Shown one piece after another: positions 43,741-56,314 of a stretch of DNA of 64,000 bases. Origin of the DNA: Octopus sinensis (taxonomy: Eukaryota). The position numbers and the translations under genes are program-made. Below the pieces are notes generated by a model that saw only the letters and a program-made list of their open reading frames with translations, searched no databases and was not told the DNA's origin. The DNA lies in assembly GCF_006345805.1 (NCBI RefSeq), contig NC_043011.1, positions 38,390,464 to 38,454,463 of the forward strand, read 5' to 3'. The stretch's first letter is position 1. Each line of letters starts with the position of its first letter.

Positions 43741-43924
43741 GTTGAAACACTCGGAAAAATTCCGGCCTGTGTTTCTAATTGATTCTCGAGACTGGTTTTG
43801 AATCGAGCGACATATTCTCTCGGGGCTTCTTGTTATACATTTAGCTATTTAGCTTTCAATATTGCGAATAAATTACTTACCCTATAGCAACAAGTAAACT
43901 TGTAAGTTTGGCAAGAATTCTGCA

Positions 43925-44420
43925 ACTGTCCTTTGTCACGGCCACCACTACTATCATCATCATTATCATCATCATCATCACCATCACCATCATCGTCATT
44001 ATCATTGTCATCATCATCGTCACCATTTTCCTCATTCTCTTCCACTTCTACTTCCACTTATCTCCTCCTTCATCGTCTTCGGTATCATCATCATCATCGC
44101 CATCATCGTCATTATCATTGTCATCATCATCATCGTCACCATTTTCCTTATCGTCATCCCCTTCCTCCACCTCCTCCTCCACCTTCTTTTCTTCCGCCTC
44201 ATCATCATCATTATATTCATCGCCATCACCAGCTTCATCATCATCATCAACGTCAATGCCATTGTCGTCGTCGTTGTCGCCGCCGCCGCCGCCTTCGCCG
44301 TCATTGTCGCCGTCGTCGTTGCCGTAATCATCATTATCATCATCATCGTGATCATCATTATCATCGTTATAATCACATCACCACCTACACCATTCTCCCC
44401 ACTCCTCTGTCGTTGTCATC
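43925..44420. repeat. Long (CAT)n/(CGT)n/(CCT)n trinucleotide array, opposite orientation to 42950-43740
   Basis: Directly visible. Confidence 0.95.
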
Positions 44421-44933
44421 ATCACCGTCATCATTTGCAACTGTATTGGTAGAAGCGGAATTAGTACGACATTATTGCTATGAAATGACAGTACCAACAA
44501 GAATGAAATACCATATCTTATTACAATGAATTTGTATCAGGTTTTGGTCTCCAGGCTAAAAAGAAAAATAATACAATATAAATCGATAAAATAGAAATGA
44601 ATGAGGAATCAGTCGGGTATTTATATAATACGGTAGAGCATAGCACAGCCATCACTCGCGAGCGAGCATGTTTTGCAAGCATGTACCAAAATTTTATTGA
44701 CGTACAAAACTCATCTGCATGTCGCACGCCCTTCGTCCCACAAAACGCGCTACGTTGCGATTACCAGACTGAAATGAGCCTACGCTGGCCTCAGGATGAT
44801 ATTTATGTAACTTGATTAAACTGGAGAAATGGAAAGTGAAGTCGCTTGCTGAAGGCTACAGCGCGTCATCCGTTCCAGGAAGTGAATCTATAGCCTTACG
44901 CTCGATATGACAAAAATACGCATACTGTATCAC

Positions 44934-45009
<76 letters not shown>

Positions 45010-45104
45010 TTATCTATCTATCTATCAATTTACCAGCCTACCTCTCACTCTTTGTCTCTTCTCAGTACATACATACATACATACATACATATATACATTA
45101 TATA

Positions 45105-45151
<47 letters not shown>

Positions 45152-45357
45152 TATACACAACATATATATATATATATATATACATATTAAATACAACATA
45201 CAATGAACGTAAATAAAGAAACGAAAATTGCTCAGAAAGTTAAAGAAGTGAATGCCACATACGTAGGTAGCGGTATTTTGTCCAGGGTAAATCCTTTAAA
45301 AAGGTAGAGTATTAACAAATACAGCATAATTCAAAGAAAAGCGAAGCAATGTCGGTG

Positions 45358-45393
<36 letters not shown>

Positions 45394-45419
45394 GAGAGAG
45401 AGAGAGAGAGTTTACGTAA

Positions 45420-45817
45420 AAAAAACAAAAGACGAAGACAGGTGGTGCACAAAACAAACAGATGTATTAGTATAACGCTCAGGAATAGAAAAAGTCTTTT
45501 ACGTTTCGAGCCTACGCGCTTCTACAGAAAGGGACACAGAAAAAACAAGGAGAGAGAAAAATGTGTGTAGTGGCTAACGATCTATCAATATATATATATA
45601 TTGATAAAAACGGAAAGACAACAAAAGAAAGAAAGAGACCTCGATATAATGTAAATAGAGGAAATTATCTGTAAATGTAACATGTGACAATTATTCGGTA
45701 GCCATGATAAAACTCCGGGTTTCGGATAACTGAAGAGATGGCGGCGTGGATTTCCCCCTCGGCCTCCAAAACTCGGAGTTTTATCATGTTTACCGAATAA
45801 TTGTCACATATTACACT

Positions 45818-45820
<3 letters not shown>
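45420..45820. mobile_element. PLE pseudo-LTR-like remnant with fold-back and two degenerate hammerhead motifs
   Basis: Arms 45671-45726 and 45765-45820 are inverted; hammerhead-like motifs at 45496-45531 (-) and 45725-45785 (+). Confidence 0.55.
45725..45785 (+). ncRNA. Degenerate type I hammerhead motif (G12A)
   Basis: gataa-CTGAAGA-gatg..ctcc-AAA-act(cgg)agt-T-ttatc; stem I gataa/ttatc is perfect; GAAA reads AAAA. Confidence 0.45.
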
Positions 45821-45864
<44 letters not shown>

Positions 45865-46687
45865 CAGATTTTCCTCTGCATCGGTGCCGTAAACATGATT
45901 CGCCCTCGTAGGAAACATCGATATCTGTCGTCCTTGTTCATCTTCGTGGCAGTTCGTTTCGCCTTTCTTCGAAGCATACTGTGGGTTTTTTTTTTTACAG
46001 TCTACATTTTTAAAGGACCATCCCTGGTAATATGCGTGTGTTTGTCTGAGGGTGTGTGTGAGTGTGTCTGTGTTTGTCCGTACGTGCGAGTGAGTGTGTG
46101 TGTTTGTGTGTGTGTGTGTGTGTGTATGTGTTAATATACACGTTAATATAGTAAACGATACTTCGCTCAAATGGCGTGCAGGTGAAATTGTCAGACAAAA
46201 ATACGGATAGAGAAACGATACTAAACCATAACGACGTATTTGTACAATTGCAAACGGCCATGCATTTCCATTTTACTAGCGAACCTCTTTTAGAAAGCTA
46301 TAAGCTTATACTTCTACATTTCGATCTCTTTAGGATATAAATTAACAGCTTTTTCGTTTGTTTGTTTGTTTGTTTTTTCTCAGTCTTTTCTCGATCTAAA
46401 GTTAAATAATTATCAGATTTCTAAAATCATTCTTTCTGACAGGCAATTTTAAAAATCTATTAACGGTTGTAAATCAGGCCGGTTTATTTTTGGTTTTTCG
46501 TCTGTCTACTCAGGGACAGTAAGTATTCGCAATTACAGTAGATGTTACTATCCCCACTGCAGTTTACACAGCAAAAACACTACCAGAAGATAGTTAATAG
46601 CCAAATTGAAAGAGCTGTAGCAGGTCTGGTATTGGAAAGTAAGAAAATACATATGTAGGTATGTGTGCGTTTATATATGTATATATG

Positions 46688-46780
<93 letters not shown>

Positions 46781-46855
46781 TACATACATATAGGTATGAA
46801 TATACATGTGCGAGTGTATATATTTGTTAACATATGTTACATATATACGAATATA

Positions 46856-46887
<32 letters not shown>

Positions 46888-46936
46888 CAATGCATATATG
46901 CATAGATATATAGATATACAAAAATAACTATATATT

Positions 46937-46970
<34 letters not shown>

Positions 46971-48169
46971 CTGCATATATGTATGTGTTTGTGCGTGCAA
47001 CTGTAGGCGTGTGTATAAATACAGAAATATATATTCATGTATGCATGCACACATATATACAAACTCACGTATAAATGTAGAGAAAGTCAAGCAAGGGAGA
47101 AAGAGATGAAGAGAGAGAGAGAGAGAGAGAGAGAGATTCAGTGAGGAAGGAGAGAGTGAAGCGAAGGGAGGGAGGGTGTGATTAAGTGAGAATGAAAGCA
47201 CCAAAAGAAGGAAAAATATAAAGTCTCATGAAAAAGTATAAATAATGAAATAACGAAAACACAAATAAATAAATAAATAAATGAATAAATAAATAAAAAT
47301 TTTGTGACATTTTTCAAATGAAAATTCATTTTTCTTTGAAAATATATTTTCATTTCTTAGAGAGGTTTCATTTGCAGCAGCTAGTTATTTATTTATCTAA
47401 TAATATCCATAAGCATTTTATCAGATTTTTCTGACTAAATATTCTGACAGTTTGTAATCCAGTAGTTAACGGCAAGAGGAGTGAGGATAGTAGTAAACTA
47501 TGAGTAACTATATTAAACTATAAGTAGCTACAGATACTTGTGGGTCTGGAGGAAATATGTTGCCCTAGTTTTATGATTCAAAAGTTCGTTTCGTGTTAGA
47601 TCAAGGCTAGATGAAGGATAATTACGGATACAAGGGATTGTATGTGACAGTTGAAGCCGCGATGTTTACTGAATTAAATTTAATCCATCCCCTTTGAGGG
47701 TTCACTGATGCGTAATCGTAGTTACTTTATTTAAATTATCCACCAGAAAGTTGAATTTGTGATGTCACTTCGGTGTAATGGTTAACGCGGCAATATTATG
47801 CTTTAGTGCATATGTTCCCTCCTAATAACACACTCTTATTACACCATTTTCTTTCGTCTCTTCTAGAACTCATTTTATCTATTTAATTCAATTTATTTTC
47901 AATTATTTCCCCTTCCCTACAGAATGACTAAATCGTCCTATTAAACGATTGAAAACAGTAGCATATTTTGATAAAGCTATAAATATTTTCTTTCCTTTTC
48001 CAATTTGCATCTGATTTTTTATATATATTTGTACCTGCGTACATATGCATACATATACTTTCATAAGAAATGTATGCATGTATCTATTTTACTGTATATA
48101 TATTAAAGGCACAAGAGTAGCTGTGTGGTAAGTAGTTTGCTTACGCATGCATGTGTTTGTTAGTTGCTT

Positions 48170-49066
48170 ACTGAATTGAACACAGTCAAGACTTGCTTTG
48201 GTGGCTGTCCTGAATTGAAGAACTGTTGAAGGCGCGACTGCTAGGGGGGCATCTGTTATATGTTTTAGGGATTCAGTGGGAAATTTGTTGTTTGATATTG
48301 TTTTTTTCTTTTTCGAATAAGAAATCTTCACTGGGACCCGGACATTTGCCTGCTGCAATCGCGCTGAGTGACTCACTTAGCTGGGAGAATTGTTGTTTTG
48401 TCGGGCGTGTCTCGCTACCAAAATTTGAAAAATTTATGAAAAATTCGACCAATTCGTGGAAGAATTTTTTTTCTTTGTCTGCTACGGTGAAGTGGAGTAC
48501 CTGTGTGAAGCGATATTCTTGTGGATCAGGATTACCTGAGAGGCGGAATTGTGTTACCGTGCCTGGAACTGTCTTCCTGCGTTCTTTTTCTCTGCTCTGT
48601 CTTTCTGTTCTTTTTGTGGGGTTTTTTTGTTTTTTATTTGAACATTTTGAATTTTTTATTGAACATTTTTCCTGTTTAGTATTTTGTAAGCATGGCAAAA
48701 AAGAAAAACACTGCCTTGGAGTGAGAAATTCTGTCCCCCACCCCAAGCAGTGGGTAAAGGACTTTAATGAGAGAACAGTGGTGTTGAGGACGTATTCTAA
48801 GTCCCCCGACACCATCACTGTGTTCTCTCAAGTTGATATTGAGAAAAGGTTGGCAGAATATCTGCCAACTATTACGTTTATTGCAAGGGGTGTCAAATAT
48901 GCAACGGTATGGTTGCTATTTGACACCCCTGAGGAGGCTAGCATTTTTGACAGCCAGCCCCAGGAAGGGGAGAAGATTCTGCTTCTTCCCACATATGGAG
49001 GGAGGAAATTCACAAGAGCTTGGGTGTGTGGACTGCCACCCGGAATAGAGCCCGTGCTCCAGTATA
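48170..49066 (+). mobile_element. Probable 5' UTR and ORF1 start of an L1/Tx1-like LINE, set between the ends of a family A SINE
   Basis: Open non-repetitive frame ERTVVLRTYSK..RGVKYATV..LLPTYGGRKFTRAWVCGLPPGIEP (RRM-like ORF1, from recollection only); SINE head at 48105-48145 and SINE tail at 49050-49100. Confidence 0.45.
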
Positions 49067-49187
49067 GCCGAAGTCAAATGTCTGAAACAAATAAAAAAGA
49101 ATATATATATACACACACATATATATAATATGTATATATATATATATATATATATTTATATACGTATAGAAATATATACATACACGC

Positions 49188-49223
<36 letters not shown>

Positions 49224-49507
49224 AATAATGAAGGGTGAAATTAATTAATTTGGAAAAATTATCAATTACACCAAGTAGTCTTCGGCATGTAAAAGCCTCA
49301 TTCGAGGAAAATTTAAGTAATACTAAGCAATAAGGGTTTAGCAACGAGTTGCCTTACCACATACCGAATTTAGAAATAGCAGTCAAAGGGTTATAGCTAT
49401 TTCTTCTACTAAAAAGGAGATCTCAGTAAAAACAGCATTTGGAAGGCAGACACAAACAGGTAAGAGAGAATGAATTGACTGCAATCTATCATACATTTTT
49501 TTAGTTA

Positions 49508-49614
49508 TCCACGGACGTACGTTTCGAAATCAAGTTTTTAGGAAAGCATAAGAATTAAATATTAAATATTAGATAATTCTATCTTACCGAAACTTCTTTT
49601 CTCTTCAGCGTAGA
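49508..49614 (-). ncRNA. Type I hammerhead ribozyme (600-bp unit, copy 1)
   Basis: Reverse complement of the motif at 51500-51606, with one substitution in the stem II loop region. Confidence 0.88.
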
Positions 49615-50105
49615 ATACTATAATCATAAATGATTATATATTGAATTTTGAGATACCAGAAGGCACCAACTCAACTCAGTATCAGAGCGAGCTAGAATCC
49701 GCAACTGGTATCACCGAATTCAATTGTGAATGAAACGATTGTGTCAACAGCCCCTTCCCACCCGCGTGTAGCCAAAACAAGATGCTGTGGTCATCTACTG
49801 AGATAAAATATGGTTATCCGTAATAATGAAGGGTGAAATTAATTAATTTGGAAAAATTATCAATTACACCAAGTAGTCTTCGGCATGTAAAAGCCTCATT
49901 CGAGGAAAATTTAAGTAATACTAAGCAATAAGGGTTTAGCAACGAGTTGCCTTACCACATACCGAATTTAGAAATAGCAGTCAAAGGTTATAGCTATTTC
50001 TTCTACTAAAAAGGGAGATCTCAGTAAAAACAGCATTTGGAAGGCAGACACAAACAGGTAAGAGAGAATGAATTGACTGCAATCTATCATACATTTTTTT
50101 AGTTA

Positions 50106-50212
50106 TCCACGGACGTACGTTTCGAAATCAAGTTTTTAGGAAAGCATAAGAATTAAATATTAAATATTAAATAATTCTATCTTACCGAAACTTCTTTTCT
50201 CTTCAGCGTAGA
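50106..50212 (-). ncRNA. Type I hammerhead ribozyme (600-bp unit, copy 2)
   Basis: Reverse complement of 51500-51606. Confidence 0.88.
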
Positions 50213-50705
50213 ATACTATAATCATAAATGATTATATATTGAATTTTGAGATACCAGAAGGCACCAACTCAACTCAGTATCAGAGCGAGCTAGAATCCGC
50301 AACTGGTATCACCGAATTCAATTTGTGAATGAAACGATTGTGTCAACAGCCCCTTCCCACCCGCGTGTAGCCAAAACAAGATGCTGTGGTCATCTACTGA
50401 GATAAAATATGGTTATCCGTAATAATGAAGGGTGAAATTAATTAATTTGGAAAAATTATCAATTACACCAAGTAGTCTTCGGCATGTAAAAGCCTCATTC
50501 GAGGAAAATTTAAGTAATACTAAGCAATAAGGGTTTAGCAACGAGTTGCCTTACCACATACCGAATTTAGAAATAGCAGTCAAAGGGTTATAGCTATTTC
50601 TTCTACTAAAAAGGGAGATCTCAGTAAAAACAGCATTTGGAAGGCAGACACAAACAGGTAAGAGAGAATGAATTGACTGCAATCTATCATACATTTTTTT
50701 AGTTA

Positions 50706-50812
50706 TCCACGGACGTACGTTTCGAAATCAAGTTTTTAGGAAAGCATAAGAATTAAATATTAAATATTAAATAATTCTATCTTACCGAAACTTCTTTTCT
50801 CTTCAGCGTAGA
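50706..50812 (-). ncRNA. Type I hammerhead ribozyme (600-bp unit, copy 3)
   Basis: Reverse complement of 51500-51606. Confidence 0.88.
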
Positions 50813-51499
50813 ATACTATAATCATAAATGATTATATATTGAATTTTGAGATACCAGAAGGCACCAACTCAACTCAGTATCAGAGCGAGCTAGAATCCGC
50901 AACTGGTATCACCGAATTCAATTTGTGAATGAAACGATTGTGTCAACAGCCCCTTCCCACCCGCGTGTAGCCAAAACAAGATGCTGTGGTCATCTACTGA
51001 GATAAAATATGGTTATCCGTAATAATGAAGGGTGAAATTAATTAATTTGGAAAAATTATCAATTACACCAAGTAGTCTTCGGCATGTAAAAGCCTCATTC
51101 GAGGAAAATTTAAGTAATACTAAGCAATAAGGGTTTAGCAACGAGTTGCCTTACCACATACCGAATTTAGAAATAGCAGTCAAAGGGTTATAGCTATTTC
51201 TTCTACTAAAAAGGGAGATCTTTTACATGCCGAAGACTACTTGGTGTAATTGATAATTTTTCCAAATTAATTAATTTCACCCTTCATTATTACGGATAAC
51301 CATATTTTATCTCAGTAGATGACCACAGCATCTTGTTTTGGCTACACGCGGGTGGGAAGGGGCTGTTGACACAATCGTTTCATTCACAAATTGAATTCGG
51401 TGATACCAGTTGCGGATTCTAGCTCGCTCTGATACTGAGTTGAGTTGGTGCCTTCTGGTATCTCAAAATTCAATATATAATCATTTATGATTATAGTAT

Positions 51500-51606
51500 T
51501 CTACGCTGAAGAGAAAAGAAGTTTCGGTAAGATAGAATTATTTAATATTTAATATTTAATTCTTATGCTTTCCTAAAAACTTGATTTCGAAACGTACGTC
51601 CGTGGA
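51500..51606 (+). ncRNA. Type I hammerhead ribozyme (inverted copy of the 600-bp unit)
   Basis: tctacg-CTGAAGA-gaaa[long hairpin]tttc-GAA-acgtacgt-C-cgtgga; stem I 6 bp; G10.1-C11.1 pair; palindromic stem III ACGTACGT; GUC site after 51600. Confidence 0.9.
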
Positions 51607-52509
51607 TAACTAAAAAAATGTATGATAGATTGCAGTCAATTCATTCTCTCTTACCTGTTTGTGTCTGCCTTCCAAATGCTGTTTTTACTGAGATCTCCCT
51701 TTTTAGTAGAAGAAATAGCTATAACCCTTTGACTGCTATTTCTAAATTCGGTATGTGGTAAGGCAACTCGTTGCTAAACCCTTATTGCTTAGTATATATA
51801 TATATATATATATTATTTATAGTATTATGTCATTGAACGCCACGCATCCTGTTCCAAGTAAGTTTTATCGTAATAATCCTGATGCGCACTCTACACAATC
51901 TTTTTACTCTTTCGTTTTTCTCTCTTTTTCTCTCGCTTATTCTTTTACCTCCTCTTCTCCCACTATTCTATCCTATTACTCTGTCACTCTCTCTCCCTCA
52001 AAACAACTCCCTTGCTCACGTGGCTCCCACGTGATCATCAGCCAAATTTCTTTTCTTTCTCTCCATTGTAGTTGGAACAAGGAAGATGTGTTCTTGTTTG
52101 TTCCTGTCTTAGCTTGATTTACGCGTTCGCCACCACAATCTCGTTTAGGCTTACCAACCCTTTCTGTTTGTTTCCACTGTCCTGTTTGTGTTACCTATTT
52201 TGACCATCTGCGAAATCCCAAATTTTATTTAATATGCTTTGCAGGAGCAACTGTTTTATCGAAAGCGTATATTGTTGTTAAATGCTCGAAATATGTGAGT
52301 GAAAAACAGTCAGCAACTGATGAAGTTTCGTTCTTTATGTTGTTTGATTTGTTTTCCATTTGTGTCTTTCATTGTTCGAAGGAATATTTAATGTTACATG
52401 TACTCGTGTTTCGTACTTCTTTGTTGCACACGTTTCAAGACGAACTGTGCCCACATAGGCATACATATACGTATAAATGTAAGAATATACATATACACGT
52501 ATGTGTATA

Positions 52510-52549
<40 letters not shown>

Positions 52550-52629
52550 CATTATTTATATATATATACACATGTATATATATATATATATATACATATA
52601 TGTATATATATATATATGCTATATACATA

Positions 52630-52790
52630 TGCGGGATTGGCTGTGTGGTTGCTTCCCAACCACATGTTTCCGGGTTCAGTCCCTCGGCTTGACACTTTGG
52701 ACAAGTGTCTTCTACTATAGCCCCGGGCCGACTAAAGCCTTGTGAGTGGATTTGGTAGACGGAAACTGAACGCATCCCGTCGTATATATA
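52630..52790 (+). mobile_element. SINE family A, 5' portion
   Basis: ggctgtgtggt..cgggttcagtccc..aagtgtcttctactatagcc..ggtagacggaaactgaa. Confidence 0.82.
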
Positions 52791-53146
52791 TATATATACA
52801 TTGTGTGTGTGTGTTTTCGTGCGTGCACGTGTGTGTGTGTGTGCGTGTGTTTGTGCTTGTGTGTGTTTCTGGTAGTTGAAAGCGATATTACATATTATGG
52901 TACTGTAATACATCCAACCGCAGACTGGAATCTTCGCTGCGTTCGATGTCAACCGTCGCAACATTTAATGCGTTGCCAAAGGACGGGCCAAACTGAAAGA
53001 AGTGAAATGCGTAAAAGGATAACTAAATAAACGGTGGTTAACAACAAATATGTAACTATTTAATGAAAAGATGAGAACAGTTGCTGGCTAAAAAAGGAAT
53101 GAGCACGAATTAACTTCTTCATAGGCGCGTTACCGCTCATCCAAGT

Positions 53147-53510
53147 GGAGACGCAATGGCCCAGTGGTTAGGGCAGTGGACTCGCGGTCATAGGACCGTG
53201 GTTTCGATTCCCAGACCGGGCGTTGTGAGTGTTTATTGAGCGAAAACACCTAAAAGCTCCACGAGGCTCCGGCAGGGGATGGTGGTGATCGCTGATGTAC
53301 TCTTTTACCACAACTTTCTCTCACTCTTATTTCCTGTTTCTGTTGTACCTGTATTTCAAAGGACCGGCCTTGTCACTCCCTGTGTCACGCTGAATATCCC
53401 CGAGAACTACGTTAAGGGTACACGTGTCTGTGGAGTGCTCAGCCACTTACACGTTAATTTCACGAGCAGGCTGTTCCGTTGATTCGGATCAACCGGAACC
53501 CTCATCGTCC
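53147..53510 (+). mobile_element. SINE family B, full length
   Basis: A box tggcccagtggttagggc; B box ggtttcgattccc; conserved body. Confidence 0.88.
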
Positions 53511-53574
53511 TATTAATCAGCCTTGTACATAGACAACAATTATTTTCATATCAATAATTAAAAATGTTCGTATA

Positions 53575-53645
53575 TATTATTTACATTATTTATATTAATA
53601 ATATTTGACGGATATTTGTCCTTATCTCTTAAATATAGAACTCTA
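53575..53645. mobile_element. Short inverted-junction remnant of the tail seen at 13590-13745 and 17240-17398
   Basis: tttacattatt..tttgacggatatttgtccttatc (antisense of the tail) is fused to tcttaaatatagaac (sense). Confidence 0.5.
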
Positions 53646-54283
53646 TTTTCCTATATTTTTATACTATTTCACAGGGTTCCATCATTTGTTAATATATCAA
53701 TAAATTAAAAATACCAGTCATCTCCTAGAGCTGATTGTATTTCATAGCCAACCGCTCAAACTGAAAATACCTTTTGACCTTATTTCGATGTCGCAATTCA
53801 GGTTTCTGTCCTCCTCCTTCTTCTTCTTCTTCTTCTTCAATCTTTCCTCCTTGTTCTTCTTCTTCTTCTTCGTCTTCTTCTTCTTCTTCTTCTTCTTCTT
53901 CTTCTTCTTCTTCTTCTTCTTTCTTCTTCTTCTTTTTTTTTTTCTTCTTCATCGACTTCTTCTTCAATTTTTCTTTTCTTTTGCTTTACGCTAAAGTCAA
54001 TTTTCAAGATTGGGTATTTGATCTCTAATTCCGTGTTATGTTGCATGCCAAACCATTCACTTATTTATATTTCGCTGCCGCTCTTTCTCTCACTCTCTAC
54101 TCTCTCTATCTCTCTCCTCCTTCTCCCTCCACAGACCCACACACACACACACATGTGATATATGTATATATTTACACACATATATATACATATGTGATAC
54201 GTATATACAAAAATATACATACGCATATACATATATATATACATACATGTCTACATATAGACACACACCACAAACATACATAT

Positions 54284-54314
<31 letters not shown>

Positions 54315-54349
54315 TCCATATATATATATATACATATATAGTTATATAC

Positions 54350-54418
<69 letters not shown>

Positions 54419-54445
54419 CACATATATATACATACATATATGTAT

Positions 54446-54486
<41 letters not shown>

Positions 54487-54553
54487 CATATACATACATA
54501 CATACATACATATATATATATATATATGTATATGTATATATATATACACATGC

Positions 54554-54615
<62 letters not shown>

Positions 54616-54906
54616 CTATAGTGTTGTGAAGGACATTTGAAATCTAAATAAATGTCATTGCTGTCAGTCAATGCAGTGCTGATTATATGCATGATATTCC
54701 CACGTATGTTTATATAAGTATGTTTACGCCTATGTGCAGATGTCTACGTGTATGTTTCCATATTCTCTCTTTTTTTTTTACTTTCTATTTCTTTAATTCA
54801 CTGTCTTCCATTTTGTCTTTCTCATTTCCAGTTTGTATTGCCTCGCAAAATGACCACAACAAATTGGTAGATAAGACTTTCTTGTAAACAATTTACCTTG
54901 CTATGC

Positions 54907-54944
<38 letters not shown>

Positions 54945-55224
54945 TTATTATTATTATTATTATTATATGTTTTCTTTGATTTCTTTTGCTTTCATATTAT
55001 GTGCAACTTCCACCACGATGGAAAAAAATGGCGGTTAAGACAGATGGTGGCCGTGCGAAAAGAAACGGAATGTAAATAAGACAAAATGAACATGGTGATG
55101 ATTTCCTTCTGCGCATTCTTTCAACAAAATGTATGATTGAGGAATTAGTTCATTCCAAATACGAAATTCAGTTTTTTCTTTCATTCGTTCTATTATTATT
55201 ATTATATTATTATTATTATTATTA

Positions 55225-55260
<36 letters not shown>

Positions 55261-55360
55261 CATTATTATTATTATTATTATATTATTATTATTATTATTA
55301 TTATATTTTCATTATCTTTTATTGCTTACTTCGGAATATGTGAATATATACGTATGTATG

Positions 55361-55396
<36 letters not shown>

Positions 55397-55632
55397 ATAT
55401 ATATATACATATATATACTTATATACATATCAATAGGTGTGTGTGTGGGGGTATAAATGTATATATTAGAGTGAGAGAGGGATAGAAAGAAAGTGATATT
55501 AAGAGAAAAGTAGATATATAAACAGATATTTTGTGTATATTTTTATTAATATATATATATATATATATAGATATATATGTATGAATATGTACATATATAT
55601 TGTTAAAGATATATGTATATGTATGCATATGT

Positions 55633-55663
<31 letters not shown>

Positions 55664-55707
55664 GGATATATATTTTTACATATACTTGTCTATATACCTA
55701 CATATAT

Positions 55708-55760
<53 letters not shown>

Positions 55761-55769
55761 ATATATATA

Positions 55770-55821
<52 letters not shown>

Positions 55822-56267
55822 ATGTATAAGTACATATATATATACATATCTAAATATATACACGTACATACATATTCATGAACTTTGTAAGAAATTCAAT
55901 GAATGTCATAATAACTATTCGCATCTGTGATAAATGAGAATATAGATTTCCTGTCTTATTTTTAAATTTTTATTTCATTTTTTTCTGCGATTTGCGTTAT
56001 CCCCCATTCTTTACCCTTCTCTCTCTATATATTTTAATCTACTTCTTTCTCCTTCTCTTTCTTTCTCTCTCTCCCCTCTTTCTCTCCCTCTCTCTCTCTT
56101 GTATGTTTTTTCGTTATTTTTTTCTTTCGAAGAACAAAACTTATTGCAAAGCCTTATAACCTGGAAGCTGATTTGTTATTTATTTCTTGTTGATTTCATG
56201 TGAACCTTTGCATAGCAATATTTTTTTTCTTTCTCTTCTAAATTACATATCCCGAAGTACTAAAACC

Positions 56268-56314
<47 letters not shown>

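Larger units (their letters stand above)
49217..51795 (-). mobile_element. Hammerhead-containing tandem array (putative non-LTR retrozyme): 3.3 x ~600 bp plus one inverted ~575-bp copy, in (TA)n
   Basis: Unit starts (ccgtaataatgaaggg) at 49220, 49818, 50417 and 51017; inversion from 51220; one hammerhead per unit; (TA)n on both flanks. Confidence 0.88.

Noticed and set aside
42815-43801. 311-aa poly-His and 256/257-aa poly-Asp/Gly or poly-Met/Val ORFs
   Set aside because: Stop-free translations of trinucleotide repeats, open on both strands, with no other coding signal.
49455-49610. Intron-like donor (cag|gtaagag) and acceptor (ttcttttctcttcag|) in each 600-bp unit
   Set aside because: The acceptor is simply the antisense of the hammerhead core CUGAAGA-gaaaagaa, and the wrap-around exon has stops in all frames.
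55020-55035. YY1-like AAAATGGCGG motif (and ETS-like CCGGAAGTG at ~14560) as promoter marks
   Set aside because: Isolated short motifs with no linked transcript or gene.
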